The notes beneath the pieces were generated by a model. That model worked only from the letters and a program-made list of their open reading frames with translations, ran no database searches and had not been told where the DNA came from. Shown here piece after piece: positions 37,698 to 46,949 of a DNA stretch of 64,000 bases. This DNA comes from Candidatus Iainarchaeum sp. (GTDB lineage: Archaea; Iainarchaeota; Iainarchaeia; Iainarchaeales; 0-14-0-20-30-16), in NCBI GenBank assembly GCA_028710695.1, contig JAQTTP010000001.1, forward strand, positions 140,559-204,558, in the 5' to 3' direction. Both the position numbers and the translations under genes were made by a program. Within the stretch, counting starts at the first letter, position 1, and each line of letters starts with the position of its first letter.

Positions 37698-37780
37698 TGT
37701 GATTTTATGGGCAAGAAAGCAATTTATAAATAAATTGTTTCAAGAACCATAAAATATATGGTGTGATTTTATGGGCAAGA
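37698..37780. repeat. 19-nt direct repeat (TGTGATTTTATGGGCAAGA x2) in the rbcL leader
   Basis: Copies at 37698-37716 and 37762-37780. Each carries ATGGGCAAG, so a translational start has been duplicated. Confidence 0.6.
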
Positions 37781-37848
37781 TGTTGCTATACATATTAATA
37801 CTAATTATTATTGTTCTTGTTGTTCTAATGTTAACTGGTGTTATCTGA
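37771..37848 (+). CDS. 25-aa hydrophobic upstream mini-ORF (MGKMLLYILILIIIVLVVLMLTGVI)
   Basis: Starts inside the second repeat copy and ends 19 nt before the rbcL ATG; single TM-like peptide. Confidence 0.3.
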   Translation: MGKMLLYILILIIIVLVVLMLTGVI

Positions 37849-37867
37849 GAGGGTATGAGGGATTTCT

Positions 37868-39175
37868 ATGGCTGGAAAGATTGAATGGTATCATGAATTT
37901 GTGAATAAAAAATATAACCCCAAACCAAATGATGTTAAAGTACTTTTTAAATACAAACCTGCAGAAGGTATGACTAAAGAAGAAGTAATTGGAAGGGTTG
38001 CTTCTGAGAGCTCGTCAGGAACCTGGACAACACTTGCCAATAGACCAAAGCTTTTGAAGAAGGTAATGGCTTATGGTTATGATTATGATAAAGACTATGT
38101 GAAAATAGCTTATCCAAGAATTTTATTTGAAGATGGCTCTGTTCCTTGTATGATGTCTGGAATAGCAGGAAATATTTTTGGGATGAAAGCAGTAGAAGGA
38201 TTGAGACTGCAAGATGCAGAGCTTCCAATGGATTATGTTAAAGGTTTTAAAGGCCCCAAATTCGGACAAACTGCAATACAAAAAATCTTTAAGAGAAAGC
38301 ACGGCCCAATAACTTCTGTTGTACCTAAACCGAAAGTGGGCTATACTTCTAAAGAGCATGCTTATTTTGTTGCAAAGCAGGTTTGGAGTGGTGGAATTGA
38401 TTGTGTTAAAGATGACGAGAATTTAACAAATCAAAAGTTTAACAAATTTGCAGATAGGGTGAAATATCTTGCAAAGGTTAGGGACCAAGTAATGAAAGAT
38501 ACAGGGGATATCAAAGATGCTTTCATTAACTGTACTTCTCCAACTCTAAAAGAAATGGAAAAAAGAGTAAAAATGGTTCATGATTATGGATTTAATTATT
38601 TTATGTTGGATTTAGTAGTGGGCGGTTTTACTGCTGTTGGAACTGCAGTGGAATTGAGCTATGACTATAAAATGGCAATACATGGACACAGAGCTATGCA
38701 CGCGGCCTTTACAAAAAATCCAGATCACGGAATTTCAATGCTTTTCTTAGCAAAGCTTTACAGGCTTATGGGTGTGGATAATATTCACACAGGTACTGTT
38801 GTTGGAAAGCTTGACGGCAATGAAAAAGAGATAATGGCAATGAAAGATATGATTATGGAGCCAAAGGTTGATGAAATAAAAAACATAAGGCTGGCTCAGA
38901 AATGGGGCAAGATAAAACCATCATTACCAATATCTTCCGGGGGTTTACATCCTGGATTGATTCCTGCGGTTTTTGATGTTTATGGGACAATGAACATAGG
39001 TCTACAATTAGGTGGTGGAACACAAGGCCATCCAGATGGAATTGAGGCAGGGTCTAGAGCAATGATGCAAGCAATAGAGGCTCACAGACAAGGAATAGAA
39101 TTGAAAGATTATGCTAAGAACCACAAAGAATTAGCAAGAGCATTAGAGAAATGGGGTGTCATGAAGCCTATTTAG
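37868..39175 (+). CDS. rbcL: ribulose-1,5-bisphosphate carboxylase large subunit, archaeal form III
   Basis: GTWTTL, CVKDDENL, HGHRAMHAAF, GGGTQGHPDG active-site blocks; 435 aa; no small-subunit gene. Confidence 0.9.
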   Translation: MAGKIEWYHEFVNKKYNPKPNDVKVLFKYKPAEGMTKEEVIGRVASESSSGTWTTLANRPKLLKKVMAYGYDYDKDYVKIAYPRILFEDGSVPCMMSGIAGNIFGMKAVEGLRLQDAELPMDYVKGFKGPKFGQTAIQKIFKRKHGPITSVVPKPKVGYTSKEHAYFVAKQVWSGGIDCVKDDENLTNQKFNKFADRVKYLAKVRDQVMKDTGDIKDAFINCTSPTLKEMEKRVKMVHDYGFNYFMLDLVVGGFTAVGTAVELSYDYKMAIHGHRAMHAAFTKNPDHGISMLFLAKLYRLMGVDNIHTGTVVGKLDGNEKEIMAMKDMIMEPKVDEIKNIRLAQKWGKIKPSLPISSGGLHPGLIPAVFDVYGTMNIGLQLGGGTQGHPDGIEAGSRAMMQAIEAHRQGIELKDYAKNHKELARALEKWGVMKPI

Positions 39176-39253
39176 TTTGCACTAAATAGCTTCAGGGCTC
39201 AAAACTTTTTAGCTAAAAAGTTTTTCACTATGAAGCCGATGTAATCTTTTTAT

Positions 39254-40231
39254 CTATCTGGACACGGCTTTGCCTTGTTCAGCCCTTTTTTTCCAATATC
39301 TTAATCTAGCATCTACTTGATCTGGAGTAACAGTTCTACCTAAGGCATTTGAAATTTGCGCAGGTTTAAGGCCTTTCTGCGCCAATTCTCTAATAATTTT
39401 ATTTTGCCTTTCGATTTCTGCAAGAGAATGTTGTGTTGGGCCCCGTGGTCTGTTTGGAAGTTGTTGCCTTTCAGTTGATCTGGCTCTTACCCTCATTATA
39501 ACACTTACTCTGTCAAATCTAAACTTAAAGCCGCTCTTTTCTAGTTCGGCATTTAATTTTCTCGCAATATCATCTAATTTTGTTCCCTTTAAATATTCTG
39601 AAAGAATCAAAGCATTTTGTTTTTTTAATTCTCCGATTGAAAAAGAACTCCCTGGAAAAGGTCTTAAGTCTTTTATGTGTTGTGGGACTTCAGATAAATA
39701 GTTTACTATTGATGTTATGCTCATGCCAAGTAACTCAGCAAGGTCCTCATTTGAGAGCCTAGGATCTTCTTTTACTAATCTGGCAACTTCTGCAATCTTT
39801 GGGTTTACTGGGTCTTGTTTATGTAAAGAATATTCCGCATCCCAATATTTTCTTACTGCTTCTAGATCAGCATCTAACAGCATTTTTCCAGTTTCTCCAG
39901 AATATTGTGGAAGACTTAAAACATCACTTATTTGTGCCCCAGCATCTAGCCGTTCTTTAAGATCGTGCCGTCTTGTAATATTTTCTTCTCTTTGCCCTAC
40001 TATTGCTGCTCTTTTTCCAACTGGCACATGAAGGCCTTCTCTTTCTAAATCCAACAATATTTTCCCTGCTTTTCCATATGAAAAGCCATGTTCTTGAACT
40101 AATTCTGTTGCTGTTACGGACCCATGTTTTTTAATGATGTCTAATGCTCGTTTTCTTTCTGTTCGATAATCTTTTATTTGTTGTTTTCGTTCTTGCCCGT
40201 ATTTCTTTCTCCAACCGGTTCTTATTTTCAT
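39254..40231 (-). CDS. hypothetical protein with several helix-turn-helix-like segments; GC-rich, possibly foreign
   Basis: Segments LSNEDLAELLGMSITSIVNYL, LDDIARKLNAE and LKPAQISNALGRTVTPDQV; start at ATG 40231; GC visibly above window background. Confidence 0.4.
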   Translation of the reverse strand: MKIRTGWRKKYGQERKQQIKDYRTERKRALDIIKKHGSVTATELVQEHGFSYGKAGKILLDLEREGLHVPVGKRAAIVGQREENITRRHDLKERLDAGAQISDVLSLPQYSGETGKMLLDADLEAVRKYWDAEYSLHKQDPVNPKIAEVARLVKEDPRLSNEDLAELLGMSITSIVNYLSEVPQHIKDLRPFPGSSFSIGELKKQNALILSEYLKGTKLDDIARKLNAELEKSGFKFRFDRVSVIMRVRARSTERQQLPNRPRGPTQHSLAEIERQNKIIRELAQKGLKPAQISNALGRTVTPDQVDARLRYWKKRAEQGKAVSR

Positions 40232-40273
40232 GTAAAAAATAGGCAAAAGAAGTATAAAAAGCTATTGTGTAGG

Positions 40274-41059
40274 CTACTTTTTAGACTTGCTGTTCCAAAG
40301 GGCATAGAAATAGTCTCTGTGTGTTTGCGCCATTTCTTTGCTGTGTATCATAAAAGCAATAATATTTTCTTTTGATACTAACTTTAGAACTACTTTGTCC
40401 CCATATATCCAAACAGTTTGAGGATTGGTAAAAGTTTTTGGAAGATATTTTACAGAAACAAATTTTTCGGTTATTAATTTTTTGTAATATTTTTTCCCAG
40501 TCTCTGTTGGTGTCACTAGAACTTTTCTATGGATTTTTTTGTTAATTCTCTTTTTATTAAATATATCTAAATATATTGGATAAAGATCTGGCGCATTTCC
40601 TGATGACCCAATAGTAAGCCATTCTTTTCCAGTGTTTATTATATCGTCAAAGATTGCTTTTATTCCTTCTTTACCTTCATATGTTTCTGAAAATATGTTT
40701 GTTTTCTTTACTTTGTATTTTTCTTCTAAAGCAGAAATTTCAGTATCAATATTGTTATTATACTCCTCTAAAATGTGTTTAATTTTTTGTGGATTTGTTG
40801 CTATAAAATATTTTTTGTTTCCTTTAGAAAAATGAGACACTAAGCCTTTTTCTATTAACCTGTTTAAGGCATCATATGTCGCCCTTCTATGTAGATTTGT
40901 TTTTTTTGATATGTTTGTTGCAATGTCATTTTCTACAGCAATTAAGTAATAATAACATTTTATTTCATTAGTAGTTAATCCTATTTGCTTAAGGCCTGAA
41001 AAATTATCCATATTGGTATTTATGTCCGAAAAGATTATATTTGTGGTGCTATTAAGCAC
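40274..41059 (-). CDS. TrmB-family transcriptional regulator
   Basis: N-terminal wHTH (LTTNEIKCYYYLIAVENDIATNISKKTNLHRRATYDALNRLIEKGLV) plus a C-terminal ligand domain. Divergent from a binding-protein gene. Confidence 0.65.
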   Translation of the reverse strand: MLNSTTNIIFSDINTNMDNFSGLKQIGLTTNEIKCYYYLIAVENDIATNISKKTNLHRRATYDALNRLIEKGLVSHFSKGNKKYFIATNPQKIKHILEEYNNNIDTEISALEEKYKVKKTNIFSETYEGKEGIKAIFDDIINTGKEWLTIGSSGNAPDLYPIYLDIFNKKRINKKIHRKVLVTPTETGKKYYKKLITEKFVSVKYLPKTFTNPQTVWIYGDKVVLKLVSKENIIAFMIHSKEMAQTHRDYFYALWNSKSKK

Positions 41060-41098
41060 ACCATTAATATAAATAGGGGGTCATGTCAGAAAACTAGT

Positions 41099-42187
41099 AT
41101 GAAGAAATTGATTTGGATAGTTGGGCTATTATTGATTTTGGTGCTTGTTTTTGTAACATATTACTCTGTACAAAAAAATGCAATTACTGTGGGCGTAATA
41201 ATCCCCCTTTCTGGCTCTGTTGCTGATTTGGGTTTACAGTCAAAAAACGGATTTGATCTTGCAATAAATGAGGGCATAGAATTTGAATTTATTTTTGAGG
41301 ACTCTGTAGGAGACAAAACTGCAGCAATTAACGCTTATAATAAATTAGTATCTGCAGATAATGCAAAGATAATAATTTGTCAGTTGGGCGGGGTATGTGA
41401 TGCTTTGGCAGACATTGCTAAAGATAATGATGTTATTCTGTTAGGTCTGACGTCAAATGACGATTTTGCTGTAAAAGGAAAAAATATTTTTAATGTGAGA
41501 GCAAGTGGTTATGGTATTGGAAAAAGGCTTGCAGAATATTTAATAAAAGAAAATTATAATTCTGTTGCTGTTTTATATAATGAGGAACCAACACATGCCG
41601 CAATTTTTAAAGGATTTAAAAATTATTTTGAAGAAAAGGGCGGTAAAGTAGTTTACTCTGGTTTACATAAAAGTGATGAAAAAGAGTTTAAAACTGAATT
41701 GCTTAAGGCAAACAATGAAAAACCCGAAGGGTTTGTGTTATTTTCAAGATATGGAAACCTGATTAATATTATAAAACAAAAAGAAGAATTAGGAATAAAC
41801 TTGCCAATATTTTCTAATACTGGTGTTGAATCTAAAGAGTTTATTGATTCTCTTGGCCCACTTGCAAATGGAATAATCTTTTCAAGTGCTTCCTTTGACT
41901 ATGATTTAGATTCAGATAAAGTAAAATATTTTATTAGCTTACATGAAAAAATGTTTGGAACAGATATCATTCCATTTTATACTGCTAATGCCTATGAAGT
42001 TGTAGACCTATTAAATTACCTAAAAAGTAAAGGCTGTAACACAACAAAAGAAATAATTTCTTGTTTAGAAAATTTTGGGGGCTATGAAAGTGTATTGGGA
42101 AAAATCTCATTTGATTCTGATGGTGGCGTAATTAGAAACTACCTGATTTATCAAATACAAGATGGCGCATTTGTTAAATTAGAATAG
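41099..42187 (+). CDS. LivJ/LivK-type (type I periplasmic-binding-fold) solute-binding protein with N-terminal membrane anchor
   Basis: Signal anchor, then ITVGVIIPLSGSVADLGLQSKNGFDLAINE, the Peripla_BP_6 N-terminal signature. Confidence 0.75.
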   Translation: MKKLIWIVGLLLILVLVFVTYYSVQKNAITVGVIIPLSGSVADLGLQSKNGFDLAINEGIEFEFIFEDSVGDKTAAINAYNKLVSADNAKIIICQLGGVCDALADIAKDNDVILLGLTSNDDFAVKGKNIFNVRASGYGIGKRLAEYLIKENYNSVAVLYNEEPTHAAIFKGFKNYFEEKGGKVVYSGLHKSDEKEFKTELLKANNEKPEGFVLFSRYGNLINIIKQKEELGINLPIFSNTGVESKEFIDSLGPLANGIIFSSASFDYDLDSDKVKYFISLHEKMFGTDIIPFYTANAYEVVDLLNYLKSKGCNTTKEIISCLENFGGYESVLGKISFDSDGGVIRNYLIYQIQDGAFVKLE

Positions 42188-42541
42188 TTATTCTCTCCAT
42201 TCTGTGTCTTCTGAGAAATTGGCTTTTGTAACAAACAAAAGTAAACCTTGTTTTCCTGCTTTTACTTCATGCCACTCATTTGGCTTTACAATGAATAGAA
42301 CTCCTTGCTTTAGTTTTATAACTTGCTTTCCAGATTTAACAGAACCAGTTCCTTTTAGAACATATTCTGCTTCTTCTTGGCCTTTGTGATAATGTGGTCT
42401 TACAGTTGTGTTTGGCTTTATTTTTATATATTGTGTTTTGCAGAATTTTCCTTGCGCATTTTCTGTTGTCATGAATACTTTTCTAAAGTATCCATAATTT
42501 GTTTTTTGCCATTTCATCTTGCTTGGATTTATCTCTTGCAT
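42188..42541 (-). CDS. cupin-domain protein
   Basis: Cupin motifs PHYHKGQEEAEYVLKGTG and G..F.V.P.EWHEV. Confidence 0.65.
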   Translation of the reverse strand: MQEINPSKMKWQKTNYGYFRKVFMTTENAQGKFCKTQYIKIKPNTTVRPHYHKGQEEAEYVLKGTGSVKSGKQVIKLKQGVLFIVKPNEWHEVKAGKQGLLLFVTKANFSEDTEWRE

Positions 42542-42550
42542 ACTATCACT

Positions 42551-43510
42551 TTAGAAAGGTGCAAAGTTTAGTTTAAGTTCTTTTTTAATATCCAAAACAG
42601 AATAATTCTTTATGTATTGCGGGAAATAATTCTTGAATGATTTGATTATAAAATCTGTTTCATCATCACTTGCAGTTTCAATCTCTAATTCCACATTATG
42701 GCTTCCAATACAATTTACATAATACAAAATTGGTGGGTGCCCTTGTGCAAATATTTCCATGTCACGCAGAATCTTTTCGTTAAAGCTTTGTAATGTAAAT
42801 AGAATCATTTGGTATGTTCTACCTATTTTCTTTGGATCTATTGTAATCTTTGGCATTATTACTCCTAAGCTTTTTAGTTTTTTCATTCTGTTTCTTATTG
42901 TATCCGGTTTTATTTTTGTTTTTTTGCTTAATTCAATATAACTTGCACGTGCATTTAAGGCGAGGGCTTTAATGATCCTTTCATCTTTATTATCTATATT
43001 TACTATTTCTTGATCGCCTAAATAGATAAACTCTTTTTTTTCTATATTTTCTACTAAATAGGATCTAGTAAATAAAGGCGCTTTTGTTAAAATTACCAAG
43101 TCCTCGGAATAAATATATACTCCAAATTTATTTTTTAGTCCATTATAGAAATTTTTGTAATCTTTTAATTGTTTTGCTAAAAATGAGATAATATAATCAT
43201 AATTACCTCTTGTGGATACTGCCCAAAAAACGCCTTGTGTTTTTTTAATAAACTCCTCAAATTCTGCTTCTTTTTCAGAGTTGATGTTTTGTAACCGCAA
43301 AAATAGTTTGTAGTGTGTGTTTCCAAGTTTTGCTAAATTGACCATTAGCACAAATTTATCAATTATGTTATTTTTTTGTAGTCTTTCAATTCTATATGCT
43401 ACTGCCTGTTCAGATAGTTTGACTTTTTTAGCAATTTGCTTATTTGTTTGTCTACAATCTGCGTCAAGCTCATATAGAATTCTGTTGTCATACTTATCTA
43501 AAATCTGCAT
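42551..43510 (-). CDS. tandem Lrp/AsnC-family transcriptional regulator (two HTH-RAM units)
   Basis: Two repeats of the HTH_AsnC pattern (DNRILYELDADCRQTNKQIAKKVKLSEQAVAYRIERL.. and DERIIKALALNARASYIELSKKTKIKPDTIRNRMKKL..), each followed by a RAM-like domain. Confidence 0.7.
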   Translation of the reverse strand: MQILDKYDNRILYELDADCRQTNKQIAKKVKLSEQAVAYRIERLQKNNIIDKFVLMVNLAKLGNTHYKLFLRLQNINSEKEAEFEEFIKKTQGVFWAVSTRGNYDYIISFLAKQLKDYKNFYNGLKNKFGVYIYSEDLVILTKAPLFTRSYLVENIEKKEFIYLGDQEIVNIDNKDERIIKALALNARASYIELSKKTKIKPDTIRNRMKKLKSLGVIMPKITIDPKKIGRTYQMILFTLQSFNEKILRDMEIFAQGHPPILYYVNCIGSHNVELEIETASDDETDFIIKSFKNYFPQYIKNYSVLDIKKELKLNFAPF

Positions 43511-43636
43511 ATATTTGTATAATAACTAAAATATATATAAATATTTCTGTTTTATTCCAAATTTTATTAAAAGGCAATATATTGTCAGAAAAACCCAAGT
43601 TAAATATACTGGATAATACTAATTGGGGGTTTTCTA

Positions 43637-44749
43637 ATGAATAAAAATTATTTGTTTTTTGGAGTAATTGTAATAGTAATTCTTGCTCTGATAATTGGGT
43701 TTTCCATTGGTGGCAATAATGATACCTTAAAAGTGGGATTAGTTGCACCAATGAGTGGAGATGTTTCTATCTGGGGCACTAATGTTTTAGTTGGTGCACA
43801 AATTGCTATTGATGAGTTTAACGCCAAGGGCGGACTAAATGGGCAAAAGATAGAATTAATTGTTGAAGATGGGCAATGCTCTGCAGAAGCGGGGGCTAAA
43901 GCATATAGTGCTTTACTTAATGGTAATGATTTAGTTGCTATGCTTGGACCTGTTTGTTCTGCAGAGGCAAGTGCGGGATTGCCACAAGGGGTGGTAGCAA
44001 ATATGCCAACTGTAATTGCAACAGCATCTGCACCTGAGTTAACGGCTTTGGGAGACAATATATTTAGAGTGTATCCATCTGATACCTTGCAAGGTGGATT
44101 TGCTGCAGAATACGTATATAATGTTTTGGGAAAGAAAAAAGTTGCAATTATTTATGCAAGCAATGCTTGGGGTCAAGGTGTTGCAAATAATTTTAAAACG
44201 GCATATCAAAAATTGGGTGGTGAAATAGTTTATTTTGATAAAGTATCACAAGATGAAGTTGAGGTAAAAGATGTAATTAACAAATCAAAATCAACAAATC
44301 CAGATATGTTGTTTTTGCCAATATATCCTAAAACAATAATGGCAATATTAAAAACAAAAGATGAATTGAATTGGAATATTCCTGTATTGGGTGGGGATGC
44401 TACTCTTTCTGAAGAGGTTATTAAAAGTAATTTAGGAAATGAAATTTTGTTCACACAACCACAATTCAATATCTCTGAAGAACTAAAAGAAAAAGTAAAA
44501 AAGAAGAATGGGGAAAACTTTATGATAAATGTTGGTTCTTCATTTGGTTATGATGCTGCAATAGTTCTTTTGACTGCATTAGAAAATGCAGATTCCTTAA
44601 GTCACGAGGACGTAATAAAAGAATTGGCAAAGACAAAAATCAGCGGAATTTCAAATTCTGTAATTGAATTTGATGCAGAAGGAGATTTAAAAACAGGGAC
44701 TTTTGAAGTTCAAATAATAAAAAACAATCAAGCAATTCCGGCGGAATAA
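43637..44749 (+). CDS. LivJ/LivK-type solute-binding protein with N-terminal membrane anchor (paralog 2)
   Basis: LKVGLVAPMSGDVSIWGTNVLVGAQIAIDEFNAKGGLNGQKIELIVED..; C-terminus nearly collinear with paralog 3. Confidence 0.75.
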   Translation: MNKNYLFFGVIVIVILALIIGFSIGGNNDTLKVGLVAPMSGDVSIWGTNVLVGAQIAIDEFNAKGGLNGQKIELIVEDGQCSAEAGAKAYSALLNGNDLVAMLGPVCSAEASAGLPQGVVANMPTVIATASAPELTALGDNIFRVYPSDTLQGGFAAEYVYNVLGKKKVAIIYASNAWGQGVANNFKTAYQKLGGEIVYFDKVSQDEVEVKDVINKSKSTNPDMLFLPIYPKTIMAILKTKDELNWNIPVLGGDATLSEEVIKSNLGNEILFTQPQFNISEELKEKVKKKNGENFMINVGSSFGYDAAIVLLTALENADSLSHEDVIKELAKTKISGISNSVIEFDAEGDLKTGTFEVQIIKNNQAIPAE

Positions 44750-44770
44750 TTTCCGCCCCTCTTTTTTTAT

Positions 44771-45733
44771 TTAGAACGGAACAAAGTTTAGTTTTAATTC
44801 TTCTTTTACTGTAAGTACTGTATAGTTCTTTATATACTTGAAAAATTGTTTTCTGAAATCATTAATTATTTGCTCAGTTTCTTCATTGTTTTTTGTTTCC
44901 ATTTCTAATTCTATGTTGTGATTTCCAATACAATTAATATAGTAAATAATCTCTGGATATCTTGTTGCAAAAGACTGCATTTCTTTTTGTGTTCTTACAT
45001 CAAAACTCTGCAATGTTATTGTGGCCAAGGTATATGTTCTTCCAATCTTTTTTTCATCAATAGTTATTTTTGCTCCAGTTATTGCCCCGAGTTTTTTTAA
45101 TTTGTCATATCTGTTTTTGACTGTGTCGGGGGTTATCCCAGTGATTTTACCTAGTTCAATATAATTTAATCTTGCGCTGTTTCCTAACGCGTGTAATATT
45201 TTTTTGTCTTTTTCATCCAGTATTACCGTTTCTCTTATTCCCCCATATAATATTTCTCTTTTTTCTGGGCTGTTTTTTAGATATGATCTGTTAAGTAAAG
45301 TTCCGTGTGTAAGCAGAGAAAGTTCTTCAGAATAAACATATGGCCCCCAAATTTCTTTTATTTTGTCATACATCTCTTTATAATCTAATAAATCTTTTGC
45401 AAGATATGAAATCACGTAATCATACAAACCTAAAGTTTTTCCAGCCCAAAAAATATTGTCTTCTTTTTTAATATAATTTATGAACTCTTGCTCTTTTTCT
45501 GGCGATATATTTTGTAGTTTTAGATATAATTTATAATGTGTATAACCCATTCTTCGGGGGTTAGTCATAAGTACAAATTTTTTTATTACTCCTTCCTTTA
45601 GCATTTTGTCTATTCTATATGCTACTGTTTGCTCTGAAACCTTTGCTTTTTTTGCAAGTTGTTTATTGGTTTGTCTTGAATTTAGATCTAGTTCATAAAG
45701 TATAGAATAATCTGTAGGGGTTAAATTAATCAT
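44771..45733 (-). CDS. tandem Lrp/AsnC-family transcriptional regulator (paralog of 42551-43510)
   Basis: Same double HTH-RAM layout; ends ..EELKLNFVPF versus ..KELKLNFAPF in the paralog; start at ATG 45733. Confidence 0.7.
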   Translation of the reverse strand: MINLTPTDYSILYELDLNSRQTNKQLAKKAKVSEQTVAYRIDKMLKEGVIKKFVLMTNPRRMGYTHYKLYLKLQNISPEKEQEFINYIKKEDNIFWAGKTLGLYDYVISYLAKDLLDYKEMYDKIKEIWGPYVYSEELSLLTHGTLLNRSYLKNSPEKREILYGGIRETVILDEKDKKILHALGNSARLNYIELGKITGITPDTVKNRYDKLKKLGAITGAKITIDEKKIGRTYTLATITLQSFDVRTQKEMQSFATRYPEIIYYINCIGNHNIELEMETKNNEETEQIINDFRKQFFKYIKNYTVLTVKEELKLNFVPF

Positions 45734-45843
45734 AACATAGAATTTGTAGGCAAGATTTATTAAATATTTCGGAAATATTCTAAATTTGTCTGTTTGGTAC
45801 ATAAATATTCCTTATAATCAGAATGTAATTGGGGGTATCTATT

Positions 45844-46944
45844 ATGAATTTTAAAGCAGTTTTGTTTGGAGTAATAGCATTAATTATCTTGGCAGTAATA
45901 ATTGGTTTTTCTGTTGGTGGAGATAAAGATGTGATAAAGATTGGGATCATTGCACCACTGACTGGCGATATTGCAAGCTGGGGCCAAAATGGGCTTGCAG
46001 GAGTTGAATTGGCTGTAAAAGAAATAAATGACGCAGGCGGAATAAATGGATCTTTAGTTGAATTAATTGTTGAAGATGATAAAAGCACAGATGCAGTAAA
46101 TCCAGCAAATAAATTAATTAATATAGATAATGTGGATGCATTAATATTTGCGGGGGGTTCAAATCAAGCTCAACCAATAATACCAATAGTAACTGAAAAA
46201 CAAATTCCTTTGATTTTGACAGTTGCGTCTAATCCTGATCTTACTTTGTCATCTGATTGTGTATTTAGAGTTTATCCTTCTGATACTGCACAGGGGAAAT
46301 TTGCTGCAGAATATTTGTACAACAACCTTAATGTAAAAAACGTAGCAGTGATATATGAACAAAATCAGTGGGCAACAGGAGTAAAAGAGGTCTTTGAAAA
46401 AGGGTACAAAGGAACAATCGAAGAGGTAATTATTTTACAAAAATACCAACAAGATTTTAAGACTGAACTAACAAAATTGGATAGTCTTGACGTAAACTAT
46501 GTTTATGTTTTGGTATATCCTGAAACTGGAATGGCATTCTTAAACCAATACAAAACATTTGGATCTGACAAGAAAATATTTGGCGGAGATATGTTTGATA
46601 GTGGAGAATTAATAACAAGTGGATTTGCGGATGGGGTGTTATATACTGTGCCTAAAGTTACAACACCGGAATCTTTTAAAGAGGAAATAAAAACAATGCC
46701 TGCTTTTTCTACTTTAGAAATATCCTTGGCTGCGCCTTTGGGTTACGATGCAGCAAAGGTTCTGCTAACTGCTTTGGAAAATGTGGCTCCTTTAAGCTCA
46801 GAAAATTTGATAATTGAATTAAAGAAAACAAGTATTGCGGGAATGTCAAATTCTCTTATCGAGTTTGATAATCATGGAGATTTAAAAACCCCTGGGTTCG
46901 AAGTAAAAATGATAAATAACAAGGAAGCAGTTCCAGTTAAATAG
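45844..46944 (+). CDS. LivJ/LivK-type solute-binding protein with N-terminal membrane anchor (paralog 3)
   Basis: IKIGIIAPLTGDIASWGQNGLAGVELAVKEINDAGGINGSLVELIVED. The AATTGGGGG RBS region is shared with paralog 2. Confidence 0.75.
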   Translation: MNFKAVLFGVIALIILAVIIGFSVGGDKDVIKIGIIAPLTGDIASWGQNGLAGVELAVKEINDAGGINGSLVELIVEDDKSTDAVNPANKLINIDNVDALIFAGGSNQAQPIIPIVTEKQIPLILTVASNPDLTLSSDCVFRVYPSDTAQGKFAAEYLYNNLNVKNVAVIYEQNQWATGVKEVFEKGYKGTIEEVIILQKYQQDFKTELTKLDSLDVNYVYVLVYPETGMAFLNQYKTFGSDKKIFGGDMFDSGELITSGFADGVLYTVPKVTTPESFKEEIKTMPAFSTLEISLAAPLGYDAAKVLLTALENVAPLSSENLIIELKKTSIAGMSNSLIEFDNHGDLKTPGFEVKMINNKEAVPVK

Positions 46945-46949
46945 GGGGC

